From sequence record NC_019401.1: a stretch of 64,000 bases of DNA; one strand, given 5' to 3'. A model generated the notes under the pieces. That model did no database searches. It was not told where the DNA came from and saw only the letters and a list, made by a program, of their open reading frames with translations. The position numbers were made by a program, and so were the translations under genes. Below, piece by piece: positions 28,032-38,138 of the stretch. Every line of letters starts with the position of its first letter. Position 1 is the stretch's first letter.

Positions 28032-31000
28032 TTATAATAGTTGTCCAATTTGTGAACCAGTAACAGTATAACCAGTACTGAATGTTGCTAATGGAATTGC
28101 TGGGTAGAAGTTGTTGTAAACTTCGAACTCACCTTCATTACCAAGAATAACACCAACATTTGTATATGTAGTTCCTGTTTCAAAATTGTTTTCACCTGTT
28201 CCGTACATACCACGTAACATATGATGATTATTACGTAGAAGAACAATTTCATCATTTACCGCAACTAGACTATTATCTGTTGCATTAGATGAAGTTAGTA
28301 CACCATCAGTGATTGAAGTACTTTCTACATGTTTTGGTTTAACAACGTAACCCATATTTTGTGCAGTATCGCGAATGGTTAGAACCATCGATGCATTCTT
28401 ATCACTAATATACACATTATCTACCATAGTGCCAGTATATGTCCATGACAAACCGTTTTTAACTGGATTGATTGATGCTACTGGATATTCGTAAACGAAT
28501 ATTTGTAAGCTATCTTCCATCTTAGTTCTCACTAGTTCGCTCAATACACCTTTACCATAAATTGGTAAGTAATATCCGTGGTCAACTTCTACGCCATCAA
28601 CTTCTACAATTTCATTCGATGTATACCAATCATCATAGTCATTTGATGTATAAACATCTGAGTATTTTGAACTCTTAATCATTCTGTCATAGAACATGTC
28701 ATAATCAAGAATGCTTATGCGATACGAACGCTCAGTGCTATATAATACATTTGAACCACTAACAAACTCAGGGTCTGCGAATGATGTGATTCTGACAATG
28801 TTGATTGATGTTGCTGTACTTGGAACCTTCAAATCAGTCGAAGTACTGTCATATGTTGAAGTAAATGTCAATCCACCTAAGCGAATTGTATCACCCGATA
28901 CAGATGAAACAGTAAAGATTCTTGGACGGTTACCAGATTTAATGTTTGCAACAGGTAGAACAGTGTTCGTTGTGTTGTCAGCCATTAGTACATCATAATC
29001 AGTTCCTTCTGGTACGAATACCATAACCTTTTCACCAACTTTGAAATCGTTTTCCTGTACTAGACGAACTGTACCAGAGGTATTGATTACGTCTTTAACA
29101 CGATATGAATAACGAATTTCATTTTTAGCTATTAGATCGCGTTGCATATACTCAATCGCTTGAGCATAACGAGGAATACTTACGATAGCTTCTTTTAGAT
29201 TGTATGGGTTCTGTAGTACATAACCTTCAATTTGGAAATTACCTTGTGATTTAAGTTTGGTGTTACCAGAGGTATCATATCCATAACCATTCACCGTAAA
29301 TCTCAACTGTGCAGCGTCTAAACCTAATGGGTTAATATCACTAATATCAACGAATACAGGATCTTGTGTTGAGTTAACAACGTCAGATGCATAGTATACT
29401 ACGTCTTTAGTTTGTGACTCTAGACCTGAATTATCGAATGCGTTAGCATCATCAAGATATTGTTTTCCTGAAACAGTACTTAGAACATCGCGAATATTAT
29501 CATATAATGGGTTGTTAATATCAAGCTCCAAGTCATTTAGACTTATCTCTGCTAGTGTGACTACATTATTATTGACAATTATCTGATCTTGCATGAAAGA
29601 GTCAAGACTTACGTCCATCGGAACTTGCATGTATTTTTCAGTATTCACATTGTATACGTATACTAGTTTACGTGGAATCATAACCATGCAGTACATGTCG
29701 ATAGTTGGTTGTTCAAGTATTTGTCTTGCAATTTCAAACTGGTCAACAGCATCTGGATTATATGTATTACGCATTGCGGTTAGTACATATAATGTATCAA
29801 GATAGTTTTTACCATTTAAAGCACCAGTGTTTTCATCGACAGAATCCATATCTACTTTCCAAGGATACAAACCATATTCATACACTAGGTAATCATTGAT
29901 TTGTTCTTCAGTATAAGAAGGATGAGATTCTTTAACTAGAGCTACATATTTTTCATACAAATCACGGCTGTACATAATGTATCCATAGTTTTCACTATTA
30001 GATCCAGAATATCCAAATGGCAATCTAGTATTCAAATTGTCAGTTAGTACGCGGCCTTTGAATGGACAGTTCATTTCCTGAGAAATAGTATTATCATTCA
30101 AATTGGTATACAATCTTCTTCTGTTAGCTAAAGTATTGTACTGTGTATATTGTTTTGCCACCTGAACAGATTGATCAGTACTGATTACAGATTTATAAAC
30201 TGATTCTAGGTCTGAGTTAAACTTCTCAGAAGCAGCTACATCATTTTTCAATGTTTCTAGTTTAGACTTAATAGACTCTGCTAGAGTTACATCAGTATCC
30301 ATGTCTGGATACATTGAGCTAATACCAATTAGTACGTTAGCATCAAATGTAGTGTAATCAATTTGCGGATATGTAAATGCATATCGTTGTAGTTTATAAT
30401 GGTTTCCAGAAAGAAGAATATCATCTTTATTATTCATAAATGAATTATTGATGGCTTCTAGATCTAATCTGTTACCCAAATCTGAATCTGGAGTACATTG
30501 GAAATTGTCGTAAACGAACATTTCGTAAGACTCTTGGAATCTACGGCTCGGATAAACGAAGTTAGAAGGTAGTGAACCTACAATTTCCCATTTTCCAGTA
30601 GTACTGTTGTACTGTGCGTATTCTTTATCCCAAATATCATCTTGCGTTTTAACCCATGCACCATTAGTGAAAATGTATCCGTTAGGATCTAGGTCATTTG
30701 ATAGACCAAACATTTCATCAGTGTCAGAAGTCTTCTGCTCAATTTGAGAACGAATTTTAGTTCTGTATGGTTTAACTTCTTCAAAGTACTCAACAATCTG
30801 ATTAATTAAATTATCGGTAGAATTATTTTGTTGTAAAGATTGCTCTAAACCAACAATATAAATGTAAGAAGTTTTGAATACCCAATCAACAACAGTTTGT
30901 TCAGTGTGTACATATTTTACCATGTCAAATACGAGGCGGCTTTGTGTAGTATTAAACGATTTTTTCAACAAGCTCAAAGCTTTGCGAACGTTAATTTCTA

Positions 31001-34000
31001 CATTGGTCAAAGTACCGTCATCATTGTATTGTTTGTAACCATTAAACAATTGGTTATTCAAAGCTACAGTACTGTTTTGTCTAGCAACTGCTTGCCAAAT
31101 TACAACATTACGAGACAATGATTTAACATACAATGTCCATACCCCATCAGCATCAGTGATTCTAATCACGTCACCTTCTTGATAGTTCTTTTGGTTTGCA
31201 ATATCAATACTAATCTCATCAGTGTAAGGAGTATTTTCATTGTAACCAATATCGTACCAATCAGCTAGTGACCAGTACTGAGTCATATCAAGAGAAGTTC
31301 CTAGAGATTCGATATAGTCAGCTTGTTTAATCATTTTATGCTGACCTTCACCTCTGTTTTCCAAAGTGATATAAACTGCTGCACCACCAGTATTAGGTGA
31401 GTTCATTAAACGAATATAGTTATTCTCATCGAAGTGTACGAAATACACAGTAGTTGAATTTAATGGAGAAGGTAGAGTACCATTGGTGCTAACCAACACG
31501 GCATCATTTTCTACAAAAGAATCAGTACTTGGGTTTATAACTAATTCATTGTTAAAGTTTAGTACCTTGAAACTTACTAGATTTGGGTTTTCTTCTTCGG
31601 ATTTAACATTGAATACATCATTCATTACAACAGTATTAGTTGTAACGTTGACGGTTTTGTAAATTGCGTTAGCAGAATCAACAAAAGTTCGACGAGCCTC
31701 AATTGGATCTTGGAACCAAGTTTCTCCTGGCAAAATACCGTTATCGTTAATTGGGTACATTAGGTTAGATGTTTTACCATCTGGTAACGTTTCTTGTGAA
31801 ATCAATGAATTCCACATAGAATCCCAAATAACAGGGTTAAAATTGTAATCCAAACCTTCTTTACAAAGTTGATACTGGTCATGCTTGATAACTTCAGTAG
31901 CATCGTTCTGATAGGTTATAGATAGAATGCTCTTATCATCGGTGATTTCTTGTTGTAGACCGCTGATGATAAACGAATTTGTACTAATTGGTGCGAACCA
32001 CGGAGCATTTAGTAACGTTGGATCTGCAATTGTTCGTGACAATTCATTACACGGTTTGTTTCTATTCTTAGCTTTTGGAACATAAATTGCATTCTTAACC
32101 CAAAAATAGTAAACAGTCTTATAAGAATTTGTGCTATAATCATACTCTTGGAATTCAGAGTAATAATCTTCAATTGCCTCACCACTTGGAACCCATGCAG
32201 AGTTGTCTTTATTCAACTTAGATTGACGTTCGCAGTACTTAGACCATTCATAAGGTAATACTGGTGATGCTACCCATTCTAGAACATTAATTTCTGAATT
32301 TGGTAGTAGTTTGCCCCAATTGTAGCGTTTATAGTTATTAGTAGCTTCTTCATCTACATTGCCATTTGCATCATAGATTGGACGTGTATAATCCATAAAG
32401 AATGCATTAGTAGTATTCCACCATACTAAACCAACTTTTTCTGAACCCCATGCTTGTGTAGTTTCATCTTCACTGTTATACTTAGCAGGATCTACTGGAC
32501 TGATAAATGTAATATCAGTCATGATGCTACCAGGGATAACCCCATTGATTGGGTCATAAATGTTCATATACAACTCAGTTACGTTAGTTTCTTTGTTGTA
32601 AGTTGTTGGACGTACAAATAAAGTACTTTCTGGTGCAGCGTAAGAGTATTTCTTATCGATGTACGCATTCTTTTGTTCCGCAGTACTAAAACGATTTACA
32701 TAACGGTACAATACTGGTTTGTTATCACTGAATGTGATAGAGTTACGAATATCTAGTGGAATTACGAAACTAGTTGGATTTGAACCAGTAGTGAAATACT
32801 GAGTTTCAGGTTTCAACAAATCTGGCATATATTCAGATTCGTCAACGAAGAAGAAGTAATCTCCATCGTCCATTCCATGTTCTGCACTTAGTTGTAGAGA
32901 ACAATGCTGTCCTGGATAGTTATCTTCATCACCAATTGGTGTGATTGATTCTAATGTAATTCCAGTGTTAACTAATTCGTAGATGTTCCAGTTGTTATCC
33001 ATATCACGGAAAACCCAAACTGATGTTGGATTTTTACCAGTTTTACTGATGTAAGATAAGCGGTCAGCATAAGCTGTAGTAAAATCACGAGTACTGTAAG
33101 ACACTTCATCTAGTGTTACTGGACCAATATCAGGTAGATGAATACGTTCGCTTTTACCTGAACGCATTGGGAACGCAAAGGTTCCTTTTGGTCTAGTAAT
33201 CCAACGGCTATCGATACCTTGAGTACCGAAGTATACGATATTGTTTTCAGAACTGTCAGAAGATGCATTTTGATCAAATGTAAACAATTGTGGTTCTTGA
33301 ACAAATTCGTTATTGATTAGTTGGAACTGTAAGTGTTTTTTACCGTAGATGTTACCATATTCACCAATTTTAAATGCCCATTCTTGTAACGCTTTGTAGT
33401 TATCAGTATTGTATGATTTCGATACACGAAGAACACGTTCAAATACTTGATTAGTACCTTTGTCACGAATGAAGCCTTTATAAAAATCGATTTGTGATGT
33501 ATCACTAGTAATCATTTGCGAAATATAATCACGAGTCTGGAATCCAATTAGGTGACGTGCTAGGTTACGTAGTGTAACATTGTCAACTGGATTTTCGTTG
33601 TCGTAATAATGACGGAAGTCATCAACTAGTTTTTCGAAATCAGGCATTGTACCAGATTCAAGAATAATAAATCCTGGTGCTTCTAGGCGACCATTCCAAG
33701 AGCCAGTTACATAACCATACATTTTAAGCATTTCATGTATTACACCGTACTTAGGAATATAGATGTTATTACCGAAAATAGTTTTATCATCAAAGATTAC
33801 TGCATGTTCATATGCAACAACACTTACACGAATTAAAGCCATACGTTTATCAGATTCGTCATTTAAACGAACACTGAACACGTTACCAATACGAGAAGTA
33901 TCAATTTCATATGGACGGATACCAGTGTTTGCATCATCTAACAATGACCATACACCGCCGTTAAATTGTGTTACGGATTGAACTGAACCAAAAGTTGTTC

Positions 34001-37000
34001 CGAATTTAGCATTTTTAGTACTTGGCGAAACTGAAATGTACTCACCAACTGCTGGAGATGTTGCACTCCAAGTGATGAAATCTTTACCAATAACAGACCA
34101 GTCTTGTGTAATACCATCTTCGCTAACGTCTTCAAAAATCCAGCCGCTATCTTTAAGATATTCACCGTAACCGCACAAGAAGGTATAAACTTCTTGATAT
34201 GTTTTTAATAATGTTCCATATTCATAGGATTCATATTTGTTCAAATATTCATTATAATGAACAACTGCACGTCTATCAACTTGAACTGATACACGGCGAC
34301 CCGTTTTATTAGGAACTTTATATGTTAATTTAGCACCAACTAGGTCATAACCGCTAATAGCAAAGCCAGAACCAGTCCATTGAATTTTCACTGCACTAAG
34401 TACTTCATCACGGAATGAAGAACTTTTAACTAAACCGATGTGTTGGTTTTCTTGTGATACCAATCCAAATGAATCAGAGCTAAATGTTAATTGATCTTGT
34501 TTTGTATAACCACCGATGCGATGGCCGACATTTACATAAGATGAACGTAAAATATCACCATAGTTTGCAGTCACATCCTTATTCTGGTACACTAGGTAAT
34601 CACTTACCCAAGTTTGATAACCAAGAATTCGTTGATTATTCTCATTATGCACGATGGTATTAGAATTAAAATTCAAACGCTTGTTGCTTTCGCCGTACAA
34701 GAATTGTTGACCATCACTAGCGATATTTTGAACAACGCTTCCTTTTGTATCATAGAAGTAGTTTGCGAACTGACCTGGTTTTGCACGTAGCAACGCCATA
34801 GCCTTATCGTATGCGTACATAACGGTGTTCATGTAAGTGAATTCCATGTCACCCATATCACCATAAGCCCAAGGCTCAGAAATATGAGATAGAGAACCAC
34901 TAACTAAACCTAATACTTCAGGAGCGATTAGTTTTAATTCACAAATTTCTTCACCATCAGTAGTGAATACACCAGTACCGATAATTTCAAAAGGTTGTGT
35001 ACCGAAACGTTTATAACGATCATACTGACCAGCACGATTTCCGTGTAGGATTGTACCAGTACTTGCATCACCTTTACCAGAAGTAGTATCCCATAGTCCA
35101 CTTGGAACTTGATCACCATTTTCATCAATTACGTATGCAGTATAAACATAAACATATTCAGTTGTACCATGTCCTAAACGAACTTTTGTTGGTTCGTATT
35201 CTTGGTTAAACCAGTCTGGACGTTGTGTGAATCCGAACATTTCCCAAGGATGGGTTGCTGGGCGATAAGTACCAAACATATCAGTATAAATCGCTCTCCA
35301 TGAACCACGTGCTGGAATATTTGTTGGCTGACCGTCAACAACATAAGTTGTTCCGGTGTAGTTCCAAGTCATCCAGTTATTGTTATCATAGTCATGAGTA
35401 CTGTTATCGATACCATTAGTAGCGATGAAGTTTACATAACCACGAAGTTCAAGTTGATTATATTCATCCATTGAGTATTCAGTACTGTTGAAGTACGGAG
35501 TAGGTTTCAAAAAGTCTTCATCCATTGCTGGTTGGAAATCAACTGTTTTAAACGAGTTATCAATACTTGCGAAAATACGGTTTTCTAGTTCGTAAATCAC
35601 ATCATCCATTAAATCAACACCATTAATTACACGGTAAGCTTTACTTGCAATACCCATATGGTCGATGTTATAACAACCAATATCACGCCCAAGGTGTAGA
35701 TATGTTGATTTTTCTGGTTTATAAGCTTTTAGGATACCTAAAAACTGTGGCGTAGGTGGTATAAAAGTTTTACCAGTTGTGGTATTAGAACCTACATTAT
35801 CTAACGCAAATGGGAATGAATTATCTTTACCAACGTTAATTTTGGAGAAAATAATATCCACTAGGTTAGATGCATTCTCAGATAAGAATAAATTGGGATC
35901 AGAATTATACAAATTCATCATTTGTGTATTGAATTTGTTTTTAAATCTGAAATATTCATACTGAGTGAAAATAATTGCAGAGAATAAATCTAAATTCTCA
36001 TTTGCACTATGAAGCATCAATGGAAGTAGTGATGTTTCATTTTGAATAATTTTAGTACCTACAGAATTATCAACTAGACCAGCCTCTAAACGTTCTTCAT
36101 AATCGTTTAGATCATTTACTGAACCTTTAGTGATGTTTTTACCGATAATATCTAGGAAGTGTGGAGTATACTCACCTTGATCGATATAATCAACAAATTC
36201 ATTATATGGGTTATTTTGTAGGTTGATTGGAATTTGGTATGAACCTAAACTCAAATCTGGAACTTTAGTTGCACTATAAGTTACAATTTCAATGACACTA
36301 TTTTCATTAATAGAAACGCTGTCATCAAAAACTACGCTTTCAATATTCCCATCAGCATTTAGTACTGTGTTGAAATCAAAAGTCTTAGTACCATTAAAGA
36401 ATACTTCTAAACTTTCATTAGTATCAGTTGGGTTAATTTTTTGTGCAAGTTCGTATGTGTGTTCGAAACGATCAGACTGTACAGCAGTTGCAGAAGTTAA
36501 ATTCCACTTCATAAAAGTACTGTTTGATGGCTTGTAATATTTGTAAGTGCTGTCATTTTCAACAACATATGCATACATGTTTTCAACTGGATTTTTGAAA
36601 ACATTCATTTCACTTACAGAGTTAAACACTTTGTACATTGAAGTTTTAGTAACTTCTGGTACTTGACGAACATATTGTTTTGATTCTTCTTCACTACGAA
36701 CCCAATCGGATTTAAGATTTTGTACTAAATCACCATTTGCATCAGCATCAATTACATTATAGAAATATAATCCAGGGATTTCAGTGATAGCACCAGCTTT
36801 AGAATATTCAAAGCGTTGAGTTTGTAAGAAGTTCTCAAAAATGTAATAGTTATATTGATTCAATTCTACATGTTGGCGATAGATTTTATCTAGACCATAA
36901 TTGTAGTTGATTTTTAAACCAAAAAGATTAGAACCTTTAAAAGTACTGCTTGGATATACTGTACTGTTGTCTAGTTTGATACCGTTCTTATCATACAATT

Positions 37001-38057
37001 GGAACATAGGGAATGTATTAACAGCAGGTTTAGCCTGTGCTTTAGTCCATTCGCGAGAATTCCAATACATTGCGGTATTACCATAAACATTACCTTTACG
37101 GACAAGAACAACATCACCAGTTAATGGTTCACCTGTTGGGCGTTCAGTTGTTTCTTCGTCTTCATCTAGTACTAGACCATATACACGAGTACCGTCAGCC
37201 ATTTGTTTGATGTAAACTTTATAGATGCGGTTGTTTTCGCCTGGGTTACCAATACTAGTGAATAGAATACGGTCACCAGCTTGTAGTACGAAACCATCAA
37301 TACGAACGTTTTTACTTACGTCTTTTTGTACAATATCTTCTGGTTTAACAGAATCAGACAAATAATCAACAACACCACGGAAGCGAGTACCGTAGTTTAG
37401 TAGTTCGATGTTTTTGTTAAATTCAATAATAGGAACAGATGCACGTGCGAAACGACCACTCTGTGCCATTTGTTCGGTTACTACAGTACCATCAGGTAGA
37501 GTTTGGCCTACAGTATACCAGAAGTTTTGTAGTGACCATGTGTTACCATTTAAAGCACCACGTTCCATCACAACATAATCTGGTTCAATACCGTATTCGT
37601 TCTCAGTATCCCATAGATATGAACTATAGTTTTGTAGTTTGTTTGGATTAATTGGTGGAGTCCATGAATAGAACTTACCACTCAATAAACGTGCCTGATT
37701 ATCAGTTAACGCACCATAATGTTCCAAATAACCTACTAAATCTGGATAGAATTGAATGGAGCGAACGCTAGTATCAGCATTACGAGATACGTATGCAGTA
37801 CTAAATTGATAGTCTTGACGTTGTAAATCTAGTTCATTTAGGAAGATTTTTCCAGACGCAGCAGGTGAACCACGATCACCAATGTAACCGTCTACGATTT
37901 CCTCATCTGCTGGATTGAACCACTGTTGGATAATGTCGTCACAGAACATTTGGATCTGTTCTAGACCTTGCATCCACTCAGGCAATCTCTTTATGAACAA
38001 TTTTTGATTCACTGCTTCTGATATTTTTGAAGCCTGAAATTTAAATTCGTTCGCCAT
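28032..38057 (-). CDS. Very large baseplate wedge / structural protein (gp7-like, 3341 aa)
   Basis: Single 10-kb ORF next to gp6/gp25; ATG at 38057 with SD GGAG; YFEEVKPYRTKIR motif; family assignment rests mainly on synteny. Confidence 0.65.
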   Translation of the reverse strand: MANEFKFQASKISEAVNQKLFIKRLPEWMQGLEQIQMFCDDIIQQWFNPADEEIVDGYIGDRGSPAASGKIFLNELDLQRQDYQFSTAYVSRNADTSVRSIQFYPDLVGYLEHYGALTDNQARLLSGKFYSWTPPINPNKLQNYSSYLWDTENEYGIEPDYVVMERGALNGNTWSLQNFWYTVGQTLPDGTVVTEQMAQSGRFARASVPIIEFNKNIELLNYGTRFRGVVDYLSDSVKPEDIVQKDVSKNVRIDGFVLQAGDRILFTSIGNPGENNRIYKVYIKQMADGTRVYGLVLDEDEETTERPTGEPLTGDVVLVRKGNVYGNTAMYWNSREWTKAQAKPAVNTFPMFQLYDKNGIKLDNSTVYPSSTFKGSNLFGLKINYNYGLDKIYRQHVELNQYNYYIFENFLQTQRFEYSKAGAITEIPGLYFYNVIDADANGDLVQNLKSDWVRSEEESKQYVRQVPEVTKTSMYKVFNSVSEMNVFKNPVENMYAYVVENDSTYKYYKPSNSTFMKWNLTSATAVQSDRFEHTYELAQKINPTDTNESLEVFFNGTKTFDFNTVLNADGNIESVVFDDSVSINENSVIEIVTYSATKVPDLSLGSYQIPINLQNNPYNEFVDYIDQGEYTPHFLDIIGKNITKGSVNDLNDYEERLEAGLVDNSVGTKIIQNETSLLPLMLHSANENLDLFSAIIFTQYEYFRFKNKFNTQMMNLYNSDPNLFLSENASNLVDIIFSKINVGKDNSFPFALDNVGSNTTTGKTFIPPTPQFLGILKAYKPEKSTYLHLGRDIGCYNIDHMGIASKAYRVINGVDLMDDVIYELENRIFASIDNSFKTVDFQPAMDEDFLKPTPYFNSTEYSMDEYNQLELRGYVNFIATNGIDNSTHDYDNNNWMTWNYTGTTYVVDGQPTNIPARGSWRAIYTDMFGTYRPATHPWEMFGFTQRPDWFNQEYEPTKVRLGHGTTEYVYVYTAYVIDENGDQVPSGLWDTTSGKGDASTGTILHGNRAGQYDRYKRFGTQPFEIIGTGVFTTDGEEICELKLIAPEVLGLVSGSLSHISEPWAYGDMGDMEFTYMNTVMYAYDKAMALLRAKPGQFANYFYDTKGSVVQNIASDGQQFLYGESNKRLNFNSNTIVHNENNQRILGYQTWVSDYLVYQNKDVTANYGDILRSSYVNVGHRIGGYTKQDQLTFSSDSFGLVSQENQHIGLVKSSSFRDEVLSAVKIQWTGSGFAISGYDLVGAKLTYKVPNKTGRRVSVQVDRRAVVHYNEYLNKYESYEYGTLLKTYQEVYTFLCGYGEYLKDSGWIFEDVSEDGITQDWSVIGKDFITWSATSPAVGEYISVSPSTKNAKFGTTFGSVQSVTQFNGGVWSLLDDANTGIRPYEIDTSRIGNVFSVRLNDESDKRMALIRVSVVAYEHAVIFDDKTIFGNNIYIPKYGVIHEMLKMYGYVTGSWNGRLEAPGFIILESGTMPDFEKLVDDFRHYYDNENPVDNVTLRNLARHLIGFQTRDYISQMITSDTSQIDFYKGFIRDKGTNQVFERVLRVSKSYNTDNYKALQEWAFKIGEYGNIYGKKHLQFQLINNEFVQEPQLFTFDQNASSDSSENNIVYFGTQGIDSRWITRPKGTFAFPMRSGKSERIHLPDIGPVTLDEVSYSTRDFTTAYADRLSYISKTGKNPTSVWVFRDMDNNWNIYELVNTGITLESITPIGDEDNYPGQHCSLQLSAEHGMDDGDYFFFVDESEYMPDLLKPETQYFTTGSNPTSFVIPLDIRNSITFSDNKPVLYRYVNRFSTAEQKNAYIDKKYSYAAPESTLFVRPTTYNKETNVTELYMNIYDPINGVIPGSIMTDITFISPVDPAKYNSEDETTQAWGSEKVGLVWWNTTNAFFMDYTRPIYDANGNVDEEATNNYKRYNWGKLLPNSEINVLEWVASPVLPYEWSKYCERQSKLNKDNSAWVPSGEAIEDYYSEFQEYDYSTNSYKTVYYFWVKNAIYVPKAKNRNKPCNELSRTIADPTLLNAPWFAPISTNSFIISGLQQEITDDKSILSITYQNDATEVIKHDQYQLCKEGLDYNFNPVIWDSMWNSLISQETLPDGKTSNLMYPINDNGILPGETWFQDPIEARRTFVDSANAIYKTVNVTTNTVVMNDVFNVKSEEENPNLVSFKVLNFNNELVINPSTDSFVENDAVLVSTNGTLPSPLNSTTVYFVHFDENNYIRLMNSPNTGGAAVYITLENRGEGQHKMIKQADYIESLGTSLDMTQYWSLADWYDIGYNENTPYTDEISIDIANQKNYQEGDVIRITDADGVWTLYVKSLSRNVVIWQAVARQNSTVALNNQLFNGYKQYNDDGTLTNVEINVRKALSLLKKSFNTTQSRLVFDMVKYVHTEQTVVDWVFKTSYIYIVGLEQSLQQNNSTDNLINQIVEYFEEVKPYRTKIRSQIEQKTSDTDEMFGLSNDLDPNGYIFTNGAWVKTQDDIWDKEYAQYNSTTGKWEIVGSLPSNFVYPSRRFQESYEMFVYDNFQCTPDSDLGNRLDLEAINNSFMNNKDDILLSGNHYKLQRYAFTYPQIDYTTFDANVLIGISSMYPDMDTDVTLAESIKSKLETLKNDVAASEKFNSDLESVYKSVISTDQSVQVAKQYTQYNTLANRRRLYTNLNDNTISQEMNCPFKGRVLTDNLNTRLPFGYSGSNSENYGYIMYSRDLYEKYVALVKESHPSYTEEQINDYLVYEYGLYPWKVDMDSVDENTGALNGKNYLDTLYVLTAMRNTYNPDAVDQFEIARQILEQPTIDMYCMVMIPRKLVYVYNVNTEKYMQVPMDVSLDSFMQDQIIVNNNVVTLAEISLNDLELDINNPLYDNIRDVLSTVSGKQYLDDANAFDNSGLESQTKDVVYYASDVVNSTQDPVFVDISDINPLGLDAAQLRFTVNGYGYDTSGNTKLKSQGNFQIEGYVLQNPYNLKEAIVSIPRYAQAIEYMQRDLIAKNEIRYSYRVKDVINTSGTVRLVQENDFKVGEKVMVFVPEGTDYDVLMADNTTNTVLPVANIKSGNRPRIFTVSSVSGDTIRLGGLTFTSTYDSTSTDLKVPSTATSINIVRITSFADPEFVSGSNVLYSTERSYRISILDYDMFYDRMIKSSKYSDVYTSNDYDDWYTSNEIVEVDGVEVDHGYYLPIYGKGVLSELVRTKMEDSLQIFVYEYPVASINPVKNGLSWTYTGTMVDNVYISDKNASMVLTIRDTAQNMGYVVKPKHVESTSITDGVLTSSNATDNSLVAVNDEIVLLRNNHHMLRGMYGTGENNFETGTTYTNVGVILGNEGEFEVYNNFYPAIPLATFSTGYTVTGSQIGQLL

Positions 38058-38095
38058 TATAATCTCCAATAAAAAATTCTTTTTCTCATTTGTTT

Positions 38096-38103
38096 TATTT
38101 ATG
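38096..38103 (-). promoter_or_regulatory. T4-type late promoter (CATAAATA)
   Basis: TATTTATG upstream of the start at 38057. Confidence 0.65.
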
Positions 38104-38111
38104 GAAGAATA

Positions 38112-38133
38112 AAGGGCATCCGAAGATGCCCTT
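38112..38133 (-). terminator. Intrinsic terminator with C(UUCG)G loop
   Basis: - strand reads AAGGGCATC-TTCG-GATGCCCTT then TATTCTT. Confidence 0.8.
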
Positions 38134-38138
38134 GAGAA

